Assembly (NCBI GenBank): GCA_030390025.1 | Contig: CM059425.1 | Location: 167,774,001-167,838,000 of the forward strand | Direction: 5' to 3' | DNA length: 64,000 nucleotides | From: Squalus acanthias | Lineage: Eukaryota | Shown: positions 48,997 to 61,311 of the stretch, piece after piece | How the letters are laid out: each line of letters starts with the position of its first letter | How positions within the stretch are numbered: the stretch's first letter is position 1 | Translations under genes and position numbers: made by a program | Notes under the pieces: generated by a model | Told to the model about the DNA's origin: nothing | The model's database searches: none | The model's input: only the letters and a program-made list of their open reading frames with translations

Positions 48997-51900
48997 TGGG
49001 TTCACTAATGTCCTTTAGGGAAGGAAATCTGTTGTCCTTACCTGGTCTGGCCTATATATGACTCCAGACCCACAGCAATGTGGTTGACTCTTAACTGCTC
49101 TCTGAAATGGCCTAGCAAGCCACTCAGTTGCAACAAACCACTACGAAACACAATAATAAAATTAAAACCGAATGGACCACCCGGCATTGACCTCGGCACC
49201 GGCTATCGACATGACAACAGCACACCTAGCCCAGTCGACCCTGCAAATTCCTCCTCACCAACATCTGAGGCTTGTGCCAAAATTGGGAGATCTGGCCCAC
49301 AGACTAGTCAAGCAATAGCCTGACATAGTCATACTCACAGAATCATACCTTTCAGCTAATATCCCAAACTCCTCCATCACTATCCCTGGGTATGTCCTGT
49401 CCCACCGGCAGGATAGACCCACCAGGGCCGTCGGCACAGTGGTATACAGTTGGGAAGGAGTGGCCCTGGGAGCCCTCAACATTGACAAGAAGTCTCATGG
49501 CTTCAGTTCAAGCATGGGCAAGGAAACCTCCTGCTGATTACCACCTACCGCCCTCCCTCAGCTGATGAATCAGTACTCCTCCATGTTGAACACCACTTGG
49601 AAGAAGCACTGAGAGTAGCAAGGGCACAGAATGTACTCTGGGTAGGGGACTTCAATGTCCATCACCAAGAGTGTCTCAGTAGCACCACTACTGACCGAGC
49701 TGGCCGAATCCTGAAGGACATAACTGCCAGTCTGGGCCTGCGACAGGTGGTGAGAGAACCAACACGAGGGAAAAACCTACTTGAACTCGTCCTCACCAAT
49801 CTACCTGTCGCAGATGGATCTGTCCATGACAGTATTGGTAGCAGTAACCACCGCACAGTCATTGTGGAGATGAAGTCCCATCTTCACACTGAGGACACCC
49901 TCCATCGTATTGTGTGACACTACCACCGTGCTAATTGGGATAGATTTAGAACAGATCAAAACTGGGCATCCATGAGGCGCTGTGGGCCATCAGCAGCAGC
50001 AGAATTGTATTCCACCACAATCTGTAACTTCATGGCCTGGCATATCCCTCACTTTACCATTACCATCAAGCCAGGGGACAAACCCTGGTTCAATAAGGAG
50101 TGTAAAAGAGCATGCCAGGAGCAGCACCAGACGTACCTAAAAGTGAGGTGTGTAAAATTCGCAATTATCGCGATTCGAAATAACGAGATAAAGCAGATTC
50201 GTCTCATCAGTTTTATTTCAACGAAATGCTGTCATGATTAAACAGGACACAGAAGCCTGTAAAATGGCCGCCGCGCCTCGTGGCAGAAGCTTCCAGAATT
50301 TTCAGTGTGCAGACAAAATGGCGTTCGAATAAACATTTCAGTAAAGATTGGTTAATACGCAGCAAACACTGATAAAGACAGGATGCAACCTGTCTGCATT
50401 CGACACAATAGCAAAGATATAAGTGCTGGAATCATTTTCCATGCACAAGTAAGGATCATTGTAATGGGCAATCGAAGGCCCATCCAGATACATCAATACG
50501 CAAATTCCCCACGGCTCTACAATGAGAGAGCCATTCTCGGGTGATTAAGTCAGTATTCGAGGAGGCCCCAAAACAAGTCAGGGAGACTCCTAGCCGGTTT
50601 GACAATGGGGAAAACATTAACGGGTAGTTGGCCAGTTTAAGGTGCTACCGAAACCCATTAAAGGAAAGAATCACCCCATACTGGGAATTTTGAGCGCCAA
50701 GATTTTACAAAGGATGAACATTAAGATTGGGCGGGAGATAAGGGAACACAGCACTATAACTATAGTGAACAAATGTCCATCACTCTCTTGACTCTTGACT
50801 CTTATCTTGCTGCTGGCTGCTGAACTCTCTTATTCCTCTGATCCTCCCGGGGCTGATTCGTTTGAACCGACTCTGGACGCGGGCTGAACTTTTATTCTCC
50901 TATGTTGGGTGGAGCTCAATTTGGAACGAGTCGCCTCGACGAAGGCCAGTAACCGGGTGCACCATCCCGAGGGTCGGTAAATGGTGTTCTGGACCCGAAG
51001 GCCCGAAGAGACAAGACGAGACGAGATGAGAAGAGAAGAAGAAGAATCCACGTGCCGCCGCGGTCAGTAAACCCCGACCGCGCCCGAAAATATATAGACC
51101 AATTTTGAACTCTACAGGTTACCGCACGAACTGGTCAAAGGCTCTTCTTTGAATTCTACCGGCAACCGGTGTCGGACACAGGAAGACTCTTCTTCGAACC
51201 GGGCCCGAGCACTGTCGAGTTCTTCATGACAACGGGGAGCCCAGCCTGCTTGCAGCAGCAGCGAAAGTAAACAAGTGGGGTACAGAGACCCCTTCCAACA
51301 CGTGACAGTCAGGTGTTGCAGCAAAACAAGCCGAGTGCCTCGTTTAAAATTCTCCGGAGTATCACGAGTGGTGAGCATGTTTGCTCGATCCTACAAATCT
51401 AGATTAGTGTAGGTATTGATAGGGGAGGGTGGTTTTATTAAGGATAAATATAATGTGTTCCCCTTTTTACGATGTGCCATGCGTTCCTCATTACCCTAGA
51501 CCAAGTTTTATGAATGTATGTATGCTTGTACTATCATTAATTTGTGCCTATGACATGTACTTCATGATTTTGGACGTTATGCAATAAAGATTTCCATTTT
51601 GTACTATTCACCGGGTCTATTTGAGTTTTCTCTGCATTACTGCTCTCGCACCTAAGTCCAGTGTTAGAACCGTAAGGGCGAGTGGGTCGAACCACTCACA
51701 GGTGCTTATTGCAACAAGGCTGGCCGGAGACCAGGGCAAGCAATAGTATTAGGCAACGAAGGCCTAACCCCGCACAAGCACCTACGACCGAACCCCTTAC
51801 AGGTGCCAACTTGGGGAAGCTGCAACACAGGACTACATGCATGCTAAAAAGCGGAGGCAGCATGCTATAGACAGGGCTAAGAGATCCCACAATCAACGGA

Positions 51901-52747
51901 TCTGATCAAAGCTCTGCAGTCATGCCACATCCAGTCGTGAATGGTGGTGTATCATTAAACAACTAACGGGAGGAGGAGGCTCCATGAACATCCCCATCCT
52001 CAATGATGGTGAAGTCCAGCACGTGAGTGCAAAAGACAAGGCTGAAGCGTTTGCAACCATCTTCAGCCAGAAGCGCCGAGTGGATGATCCATATCGGCCT
52101 CCTCCTGAGATCCCCACCTTCACAGAAGCCAGTCTTCAGCCAATTCGATTCACTCCACGTGATATCAAGCAACGGCTGAGCGCACTGGATACAGCAAAGG
52201 CTATGGACCCCGACAACATCCCGGCTGTCGTGCTGAAGACTTGTGCTCCAGAACTAGCCGCGCCTCTGGCCAAGCTGTTCCAGTACAGCTACAACACTGG
52301 CATCTATCCGACAATGTGGAAAACTGCCCAGGTATGTCCTGTCTACAAAAAGCAGGACAAATCCAACCCGGCCAATTACCGCCCCATCAGTCTACTCTCA
52401 ATCATCAGCAAAGTGATGGAAGGTGTCATCGACAGTGCTATCAAGCGGCACTTAATCACCAATAACCTGCTCACTAATGCCCAGTTTGGGTTCCGCCAAG
52501 ACCACTCGGCTCCCGACCTCATTACAGCCTTGGTCCAAACATGGACAAAAGAGCTGAATTCCAGAGGTGAGGTGAGAGTGACTCCCCTTTGTGCCACACA
52601 AGTGCCAGGCAATGACTATCTCCAACAAGCGAGAGCCTAACCACCGCCGCTTGACATTCAACGGCATTACCATCGCCGAATCCCCCACCATCAACATCCT
52701 GGGGATCACCATTGACGCCCACATCCCATGAACGAATAAAAAAAAAT
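48997..52747 (+). mobile_element. Poly(A)-tailed non-LTR retrotransposon (APE plus RT) with internal deletions, split by a solo LTR
   Basis: VGDFNVHH..EPTRGKNLL (49597-49917), RT N-terminus (51984-52585), deletions at ~52585 and ~52716, A tail. Confidence 0.9.
50151..51801 (+). mobile_element. Solo LTR, 1651 bp, same family as 22159-23812
   Basis: TGTAA...TTACA termini, 4-bp TSD GGTG (50147-50150 / 51802-51805); the LINE sequence is continuous across the insertion. Confidence 0.92.
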
Positions 52748-54029
52748 TTCCCTGCGCAGAGTTCTTCAAAGGCGAGTGCTCAATAGATATGAATTTGTCT
52801 CATTCCTTGCACTTTTCAAGCTGATTGACATTTGCTATCCACAGTTTCACCTTCTTTGTTAGTATCTATATTATGGTACAGGGCCATGCCACTAACTTCC
52901 AGCTCAGTGACCTTGGACTGTGTAACAATGCACAAATAAAAGTAGAGATTGCAGTGAATCACCTCATGAGATTCCTGAAAGAAATAGTAGCAAGTGTGAC
53001 AGTATTGTTTCATGAAAGACGAATTTGTTGACAGATTAATATATAAATGTCCAAATCCATGCATTTTCTGAATCAAATTTTCAGATTTAAACTTTAGTGT
53101 TACATATCCCAGTAGGTTATACCATTACTTGCAAAATGCTGATTTGTTAAATGTATTTTTCATGAAATATATTTATGAATTAAATTTAACAAAACTTATT
53201 TAGAACAAAGACATTTCTTCTAATTTTCACCAACATACCAACCATGTTAAAACCTCTACTTTGCATTAAATGTTATTCCACATGGGACACCCAGCCTGTT
53301 TGGTCTTAGCTACGAGTGGTCCAGTTTCAGAATCTGATGGCATCAAAGAATCTAGACGTGATTCTGTTAGTGAGGCTTTGATCCCACTATAACTCCTTGT
53401 TGGTTATTTTTAGCTAATGAAGGAAAACCAGCCCCATGTGTTTATGATATTGATTGTGTGCAGCAAACAAAAAGTGTTAAGAATGTTATAAAATATGGGA
53501 CAAGTAAAATCTGAGCAGGCCATCAACCTGGCACTGTCTACAGACCATGTGAAATTTACCCTATCACGGACTTGACCCCACTGATGTCATCTCCTGAGAG
53601 AAAGTGCTGCATGAATATTCTCTAATCTTCAGTTGATGAAGAATATAACACACATCTCCAGAATATTCTTCCATGTTCACATCTCCACAATTTAAACCTG
53701 CTCCTTTCCCTCCACAAACAACATTAGGCCCAGGTAATAGAGCACCATTTTCTCTCATTGTGTTTGATTATCTCATTCTATACCTATCTCAATAACCTCC
53801 AATGCTGTTCTCCACCAGTTATTTATCCAGTTCCTTTTGGAAGGAGTTACTTAACACAATCTCAATTGCTTTGGCGGGTGTCTGTCCACACAATGTACTA
53901 CTCAGTGGGAAAATAGTCTCCTCTAATTGTTAGTCTCACTTGAGGCTTGTTAATTTTAAACCTCTAATGCTATGCATGTCTCTCAAGATTTTAAAGATTT
54001 TGATCTCCCGTCTTCTTTTTTCCCAATGG

Positions 54030-54680
54030 AAACAGGTTCAGCTCTGTGTTCAGCTCATCCGATGAGGACTGTTGTTGCTGCAGCGCTACCTCCTCCAAAA
54101 GCAGACTCCTCTGTAATGCAGAGTTATGCAGTATGCAACACACCTCAGCGATACGGGAGACTCTCTCTGGGGCATATTGTAGGGAGCCCCCAAACCAGTG
54201 CAGAGACCTGATCCTCTGCTTCAGCATCCCTATGATGATCCTCGTGCTCCCCTGGCTTCTATTATATCTGTGTTGCTCAGGTGTAGTGGGGTTGCACAGC
54301 AGTGTCATTAGTCACATCTGTAGCGGGTACCCCTTGTGCCCCAGCAGCCATCCTGCCACAAGTTTGAATATTGGAGTGATGGTAGACTGTCTCAAGATAA
54401 ATAAATTGTGACAGCTACCTGGGTACCTTGCACAAATCTCCATAATGGTGTTCCTGTGATTGGTTACTAGTTAGACATTGAAGTGGTAGCCTTTTCTAAT
54501 GATGAGTGCTGCTGCCTCGTGTTTCGGTGCCCTGATAGTCAATGATGCGCTGCACACAGGGGAAGCCAGCCACTGCTGCAAATCCCGAGCTCTCTCCTGT
54601 TGATTGCGGAGGTCAATGGGGAAGGTGATGAACTGATCACTTTTACTTTCTGCTTCACCACATGGGAGACAGTCAATAGA
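54030..54680 (-). pseudogene. Old Harbinger transposase remnant
   Basis: TRIIIGMLKQRIRSLHWFGGSLQY..CCILHN; KGYHFNV. Confidence 0.8.
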
Positions 54681-56034
54681 TGGAAATTGGGCTGGTTCTA
54701 TAATGGGCAGACGATCCACATGACTTCATTCTCAGTCTGAAAGGTTACAAATCTGTTCCAGGAGGCAGTGGTGTGTATTTATTTTTCAAACTGTATTTAG
54801 GGAGTGCTCCCACACTTTTTTCAAGAAAAGCTTCTAATTTTTATGTGAAAAACAGATAGGTTGCTGCTATGGACCTTCCGGATACATCAGGTTTCCACAC
54901 TTTTACCTAATCCATTCAGAACAAAAAGCATAGGGACATGTGCATTACGCAGAAGAATTAGCCAACTTTTGTAAGTATGAGCTGACTAGTTGTATATTTG
55001 GCAACTTAACAGGTGGCTCACCAGCATTACCGTCAGTATGTTCTAACTGACTCCTCATTTGTGTCAGTCATAACACATGTGAGCTCACATAAAGTGCTCT
55101 GAATAAAGTTGTGTGGACCCGACCCTGAGTGTTCTAAAAAACACAGGAGTAAAAATTAACTTTCATTTAACACATTCTTAGTGCACTGAGTGGAAATGAA
55201 TACCCAATGCACCTCAACTATTAAAAATGGTACAGCAACCTGAAAGTTGGAAGGCTATAAGGATCAAAAATAGATATATTAGGGCTAATTTTTGAAGAAC
55301 ATGAAATTTGTTAACATTAGAGAGAATCCCCATAGAATTTATGAATACATTTATACTCGAACTCCTGAAGAATTTGACTCTCTGGCTTTGAGACTGGGTT
55401 TGATAATAAATGCTGAAAGCTGTAGGAAGTAAAGCTGGCCAGAGTTCGGAGTGAATAAGAATTTTACCAGACTCCTTGGTTGAGGGTTTGACACACTGCA
55501 AGGCTTTTACTGGGGTTATGGCTTCATTGATTTATCTGAGTCTTTAGTTCACCCCAGCAATCCTGGCCAATTTGACTATTTAGAAAGTGACTGCACTTTA
55601 ACTCTTTTACTTCCCGGAGGATACAAAAGTCAACCTGGTGAAAGGGGCAAGTAATCAGAACCAGGAAGGAAAGGAAAAATAAGCAGTACCTTTTCTGAAC
55701 TTGCTTTCAACAGAAAAAGGGAGTTGATTTAGGTGGAGAAGTAGAACTGAACCATATTCCCTCGGGTCCTCGTGCAGCAGTTCAGGTTATTTCTTGTACA
55801 CAATTGGAATAACAATAGAATTGCTGGGCATAGCAAACTCTGAGCTCATTCTCTTTAGATCCAGGAAGCCAAGGAAACAAAGCACTAAATAATGGACATT
55901 CTTTAATCAGAAAATGATTAAGAGACTGATTTGGTCAGTCAAAGGTGTCCTAGTTTTTCTATTTAAAAAAAGAGAAAATTAGATATATTAGGGCTGATTT
56001 TTGAGAAGAATTACACTAAGGCTTATGCATTTAC

Positions 56035-56330
56035 AAGCCCATTGAGGTGACCATCGGGATCTTAAACAGACACTTTTGCTATCTAGTCAGGTCGGGAGGA
56101 GCTCTGCAGTATGCTTCAGATTGTGTGTCACGCATAGTTGCAGCCCACTCTGCTCTGTACAACTTTGCCATCCAAAAACGATCTGCACTTCGACCTTGCT
56201 GAGGAAGCAGCCCTAGCTGCATTGAAAGCAGACTATGTGGGGGAGAGCATCATGATGACCTGAACTCAGAGGACTCCTCAGTGACTGCTACAAGGAATAT
56301 CAGAGCACATCTCATCACCGAAGTCTTCTC
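56035..56330 (+). pseudogene. Old Harbinger transposase C-terminal remnant
   Basis: Manual translation [39 protein letters not shown]. Confidence 0.75.
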
Positions 56331-57139
56331 CTCTTTGAGATACAGTCTACTTTAACACCAGAGCCTTACCTCCTTTTACCCCTCTTTCGAATAAAGGATC
56401 ATTTCCTTAGTCCTAGAATATAACAACATATCCACCCTCTTTGTCCCTACATGACCATGCCAATAATTATTACCCAATTGAATAAGTCAGCACCAAATAG
56501 GTGCACCTTTTCCTGTATGACTCTAACATAAGAACATAAGAAATAAGAGCAGGAGAAGGCCTTATGGCCCCTCAAGCCTGCTCCGCCATTCAATAAGATC
56601 ATGGCTGATCATCGACCTCAACTCCACTTTCCTGCCCGATCTCCATATCCCTTGATTCCCCATGAGTCCAAAAATCTATCTATCTCAGCCTTGAATATAA
56701 TCAAAGACTCAGCATCCACAGCCCTCTGGGGCAGAGAATTCAAAAGATTCACAACCCTCTGAGTGAAGAAATTCCTCCTCATCTCGGTCTTAAATGGGCT
56801 ATCCATTATCCTGAGACTATGCCCCCTAGTTCTAGACACTCCAGCCAGGGGAAGGGAAACAACCTCTCAGCATCTACCCTGTCAATCCCCTTCAGAATCT
56901 TGTATGTTTCAATAAGATCACCTCTCATTCTTCTAAACTCCAGAGAGTAGAGCCCATTCTACACAATCTCTCATCATAGGACAGCCCTCTCATCCCAGGA
57001 ATCAATCTAGTGAACCTTCGTTGCACCGTCTCCAAGGCAAGTATATCCTTCCTTAGATAAGGTGACCAAAACTGTGCACAGTACTCCAGGTGTGGTCTCA
57101 CCAAGGCCCTGTACAATTGTAGCAAGACTTCCTTCTCTT

Positions 57140-60100
57140 ACCCTTACTCTGGGAACCTAAGTGTGGGCCCAGAACGGAGAGAAACAAAGCTGGAAGTGCA
57201 AGTTAGAAAAGTAGTCAGCAAAACTAGTAGGGAGCAGAAACAAAGGCCAACAGTAAAGAGGATCAAAGTGCAGAAAAATATTAAACAGGCAAAGTTGAAG
57301 GCACTTTATCTAAGTGCACGTAGCATTTGCAACAAGGTGGATGAATTAATGGCACAAATATAAGTAAATGGGTATGATGTAATTGTCATTACAGAGACAT
57401 GGTTGCAGGGTAACCAAAGCTGGGAACTGAATGTTCCAGGGTACTCAACATTTAGGAAGGACAGACAAAAAGGAAAAGGAGGTGGCGTAGCACTGTTAAT
57501 AAGGGATGAGATCGGTACGGTAGAGATAAAAGATCTTGGCTCAGCAGATTGTGATGTAGAACTGGAATCAGTTTGGGTGGAGCTAAGAAACAGCAAAGGG
57601 CGGAAAACATTGGTGGGAGTTGTGTATAGGCCACCAAACAGTAGTGGTAATGTAGGGCACAGTATCAATCAAGAAATTAGAAGTGCGTGTAACAAAGGCA
57701 ATACGATAATCATGGGTGACTTTAATCTACATATTGACTGGGCAAATCAAATTACCACTAATGGTGTGGAGGACGAATTCTTGGAATGCATGCGAGATGG
57801 TTTCCTGGATCAGTATGTGGAGGAACCAACCAGGGAACAGGCTATTCTGGATCTGGTACTGTGTAATGAGAAAGGGCTAATCAATAATCTTGTGGTAAAG
57901 GGGCCTTTAGAGACAAGTGACCATAATATGATTAAATTTTACATTAAGTTTGAGAGTGGTGTAGTCCAATCTGAAACTAAGGTCTTCAATCTAAACAAAG
58001 GAAACTACAAGGGTATGAGGGACAAGTTGACCATGGTAGATTGGGAGACTACACTAAAAGGTATGAAGGTGGACATACAATGGCTAACATTCAAGGAAAT
58101 AATGCATAATTTGCAACAAACATATATTCCTCTAGGGCATAAAAACCCAAAAGGAAAAGTGATCCAACCATGGCTAACAAAAGAAATTAAAGGTAGTATT
58201 AAATCAAAGGAGGAAGCTTATAAAGTTGCCAGAAAAAGCGGTCAGCCTGAGGATTGAGATCGTTTTAGAAATCAGCAAAGGAGGACCAAGAAATTGATAA
58301 AGAAAGGGAAAATGGAATATGAGCACAAACTAGCAAAAATATAAAAACGGATTGTAAAAGCTTCTAAGGTATGTGAAAAGGAAAAGACTGGTGAAAGTAA
58401 ATGTAGGTCCTTTACAGTCAGAGACAGGAGAATTTATAATGGGGAATGAGGAAATGGCTGAGAAATTAAATAAATACTTTGTTTCTGTCTTCATGGAGGA
58501 AGACACAAAAAACCTCCCAGAAATACGAGAAAACCAAGGGTGTGGCGAGAATGAGGAACTTAAAGAAATTATTATTAGTAAAAAAACAGTACTAGCAAAA
58601 TTAATGGGACTAAAAGTCGATAAATCCCAAGGATCGGATGACCTACATCCTGGGGCATTGAAAGAGGTGGCCATTGGATAGTGAACGCATTGGTTGTCAT
58701 CTTCCAAAATTCTATAGATTCTGCAATGGTTCCTGCAGATTGGAGGATAGCAAATGTAACCCCGCTATTTAAGAAAGGAGGGAGAGTGAAAACTGGGAAC
58801 TACAGACCTGTTAGCCTCACATCAGTAGTTGGGAAAATGCTGGAATCTATTATAAAGAATGCAATAATTGGGCATTTAGAAACTAATAATAAGATTGGGC
58901 AGAGTCAACATGGATTTATGAAAGGGAAATCCTGTTTGACAAACCTATTGGAGTTCTTTGAGGATGTAACTAGTGGAGTAGACAAAGGGGAACCGGTAGA
59001 TCTGGTGTATCTGGATTTTCAGAAGGCCTTCGATAAGGTCCCACACAAGAGGTTGCTGAACAAAATTAGGGCACATGGAATTGGGGGTAATATACTAACC
59101 TGGATTGAGAATTGGTTAACAGACAGAAAACAAAGAGTAGGGATAAACGGGTCTTTTTCAGGATGGCAGGCTGTGACTAGTGGGGTACCGCAAGGATCAG
59201 TGCTTGGGCCCCAGCTATTCACAATCTATATCAATGATTTGGATGAGGGGACTAAATGTAACATTTCCAAATTTGCTGATGATACAAAGCTAGGTGGCAG
59301 TGTCAGTTGTGAAGAGGATGTGAAGAGGCTTCAAGGGGATCTCGACAGGCTCAGTGAGTGGGCGAGAACATGACAGATGGAATATAATGTGGATAAATGT
59401 GAAGTTATCCACTTTGGTAGAAAAAACAGAAAGGCAGAGTATTTCTTAAATGGTGAAAGATTGTGGAATGCAGATGCTCAAAGGGACCTGGGTGTCCTTG
59501 TACATGAGTCACTGAAAGTGAATGTGCAGGTGCAGCAAGCCATTAGGAAGGCAAATGGTATGCTGGCCTTCATTACAAGAGGATTTGAGTACAGGAGTAA
59601 AGAAGTCTTACTCCAATTATATAGGCCTTGGTGAGACCACACCTGGAGTACTGTGTACAATTTTGGTCTCCTTACCTAAGGAAGGATATACTTGCCATAG
59701 AGGAAGTGCAACGAAGGTTCATGAGATTGATTCCTGGGATGGCGGGACTGTCGTATGAGAAGAGATTGAGTAAACTAGGCCTGTATTCTCTTGAATTCAG
59801 AAGAATGAAAGGGGATCTCATTGAAGCATACAAAATTATTACAGGGCTTGATAGGGTGGATGCTGGGAGAATGTTTCCCTTGGCTGGGGAGTCTAGAACC
59901 TGGGGCCACAGCCTCAGGATAAAGGGTAGGCCATTCAGGACTGAGATAAGAAGAAATTTCTTCACACAGAGGGTGGTGAATCTTTGTAATTCTCTACCCC
60001 AGAGGGCAGTGGAAGCTCAGTCATTGGGTATATTCAAAACAGAAGTCGATAGATTTCTGACTAGTAAAGGCATCAAGGGATATGGCGATAGGGCCGGTGA

Positions 60101-60208
60101 ATGGAGTTGAGACAGAACATCAGCCATGATCTCATTGAACGGCGGAGTAGGCTGGAAGGGCCGACTGGCCTACTCCTGCTCCTATTTCTTATGTTCTTAT
60201 GTTCTTAT
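57140..60208 (+). mobile_element. CR1 LINE with near-complete, disrupted ORF2, nested in an opposite-strand CR1
   Basis: ORFs 57403-58257, 58373-58681, 58681-59373, 59377-59634 and 59628-60110; (TTCTTATG)n tail. Confidence 0.95.
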
Positions 60209-60477
60209 ACTCCAACCCCCTTGCAATAAAGGCCAACATGCCATTTGCCTTCCTTATTGCTTGCTGTACCTGCATGCTAGCTTTCTGTGTTTCTTGCACG
60301 AGGACACCCGAATCTCTCTGTACACCAACATTTGAAAGTTTCTCACCATTTAAAAAATATTCTGTTTTTCTATTCTTCCTACCAAAGTGAATAACCTCAC
60401 ATTTCCCTACATTATACTCCATCTGCCACCTTACTGCCCACTCATTTAGTCTATCTATATCCCTTTGCAGACTCTTT

Positions 60478-61311
60478 GGGCTGGATTTTCTCAATGGAGA
60501 CGTGCTGGAGGCGGGACTTCTGATTCCTGGTTTCAGTCCCGCCCCCAGCGATGTCTGGCCAACCCATGCTATTTTCCCTTGATTGGCCTTGTTAAGCCCG
60601 CTCTACCGGCCAATTAAGGGAACGCCGGTGACAGATGGCGTCAGCGTATGACGCTTCATCTGTTGATAATTTTTTGACAGATCAATTGTCAGCGTTTGAC
60701 CGCTTTGAGAAGCGGTCAAACACTGACAATCTTTGTTCTAAGGTGAGCCCTTTGACACAGGCTCACCAAGACCTCTCTCCTCAGCAGAACTCAGATGGCT
60801 GCTGCATCTGAGAACGCAGCAGCCATTCTGTCATCTCTGCCGTTGAGATAAGGCACCTCCGGATCCTCAAAGGTTGAAGCCTGCAGAAAGAAGCAAAGGT
60901 AAGGAAACTTTTTCCAACACTTTATACTCACCTCTCATACTTACCTGTCCACACTTGCACCCATCACTCACCTCTACAGCTGACGTTTCGACCCGTCTCA
61001 CCCCACAGACCCACTGTTCACCTCGCTGACCCTGGCGAGGTTCGCAGCCATCGAGAAGCCTGCAATTACGGGCGTAAAATGGGGAAAAGCCTCAAAACTG
61101 CCTGTTCACTACCTGTTAACAGGCAGTTAATTGTCTCTAATCCCCTTCCTGCCTCGAGGAGACAGGTCCCTGCACGACTCAGGGACCCACCTCCTGGGCA
61201 GATGGCACGGAGGCGGGTTGGGAGCAGGGTCGGTACCCGCTCCCAGTTTCTGCCATTTTCCTGGCAGTCCCGCCTCCATACCCGCCTCCCCAGGGCTGGG
61301 AAAATTCCCCC
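60478..61311. mobile_element. Non-autonomous Harbinger-type element with hairpin array
   Basis: Ends GGGCTGGATTTTC / GAAAATTCCCCC, TTT TSD (60475-60477 / 61312-61314); right subterminal region similar to 3150-3285. Confidence 0.9.

Noticed and set aside
22159..51801. The two LTRs as ends of one 29.6-kb provirus
   Set aside because: Each has its own distinct 4-bp TSD, one lies inside a LINE, and no gag/pol sequence lies between them.
60745..60768. Hairpin loop ccctttgacacaggctc as a guide matching the CR1 flank ccctttgcagactc
   Set aside because: Only 7 contiguous matching bases plus a gap, which is compatible with chance.
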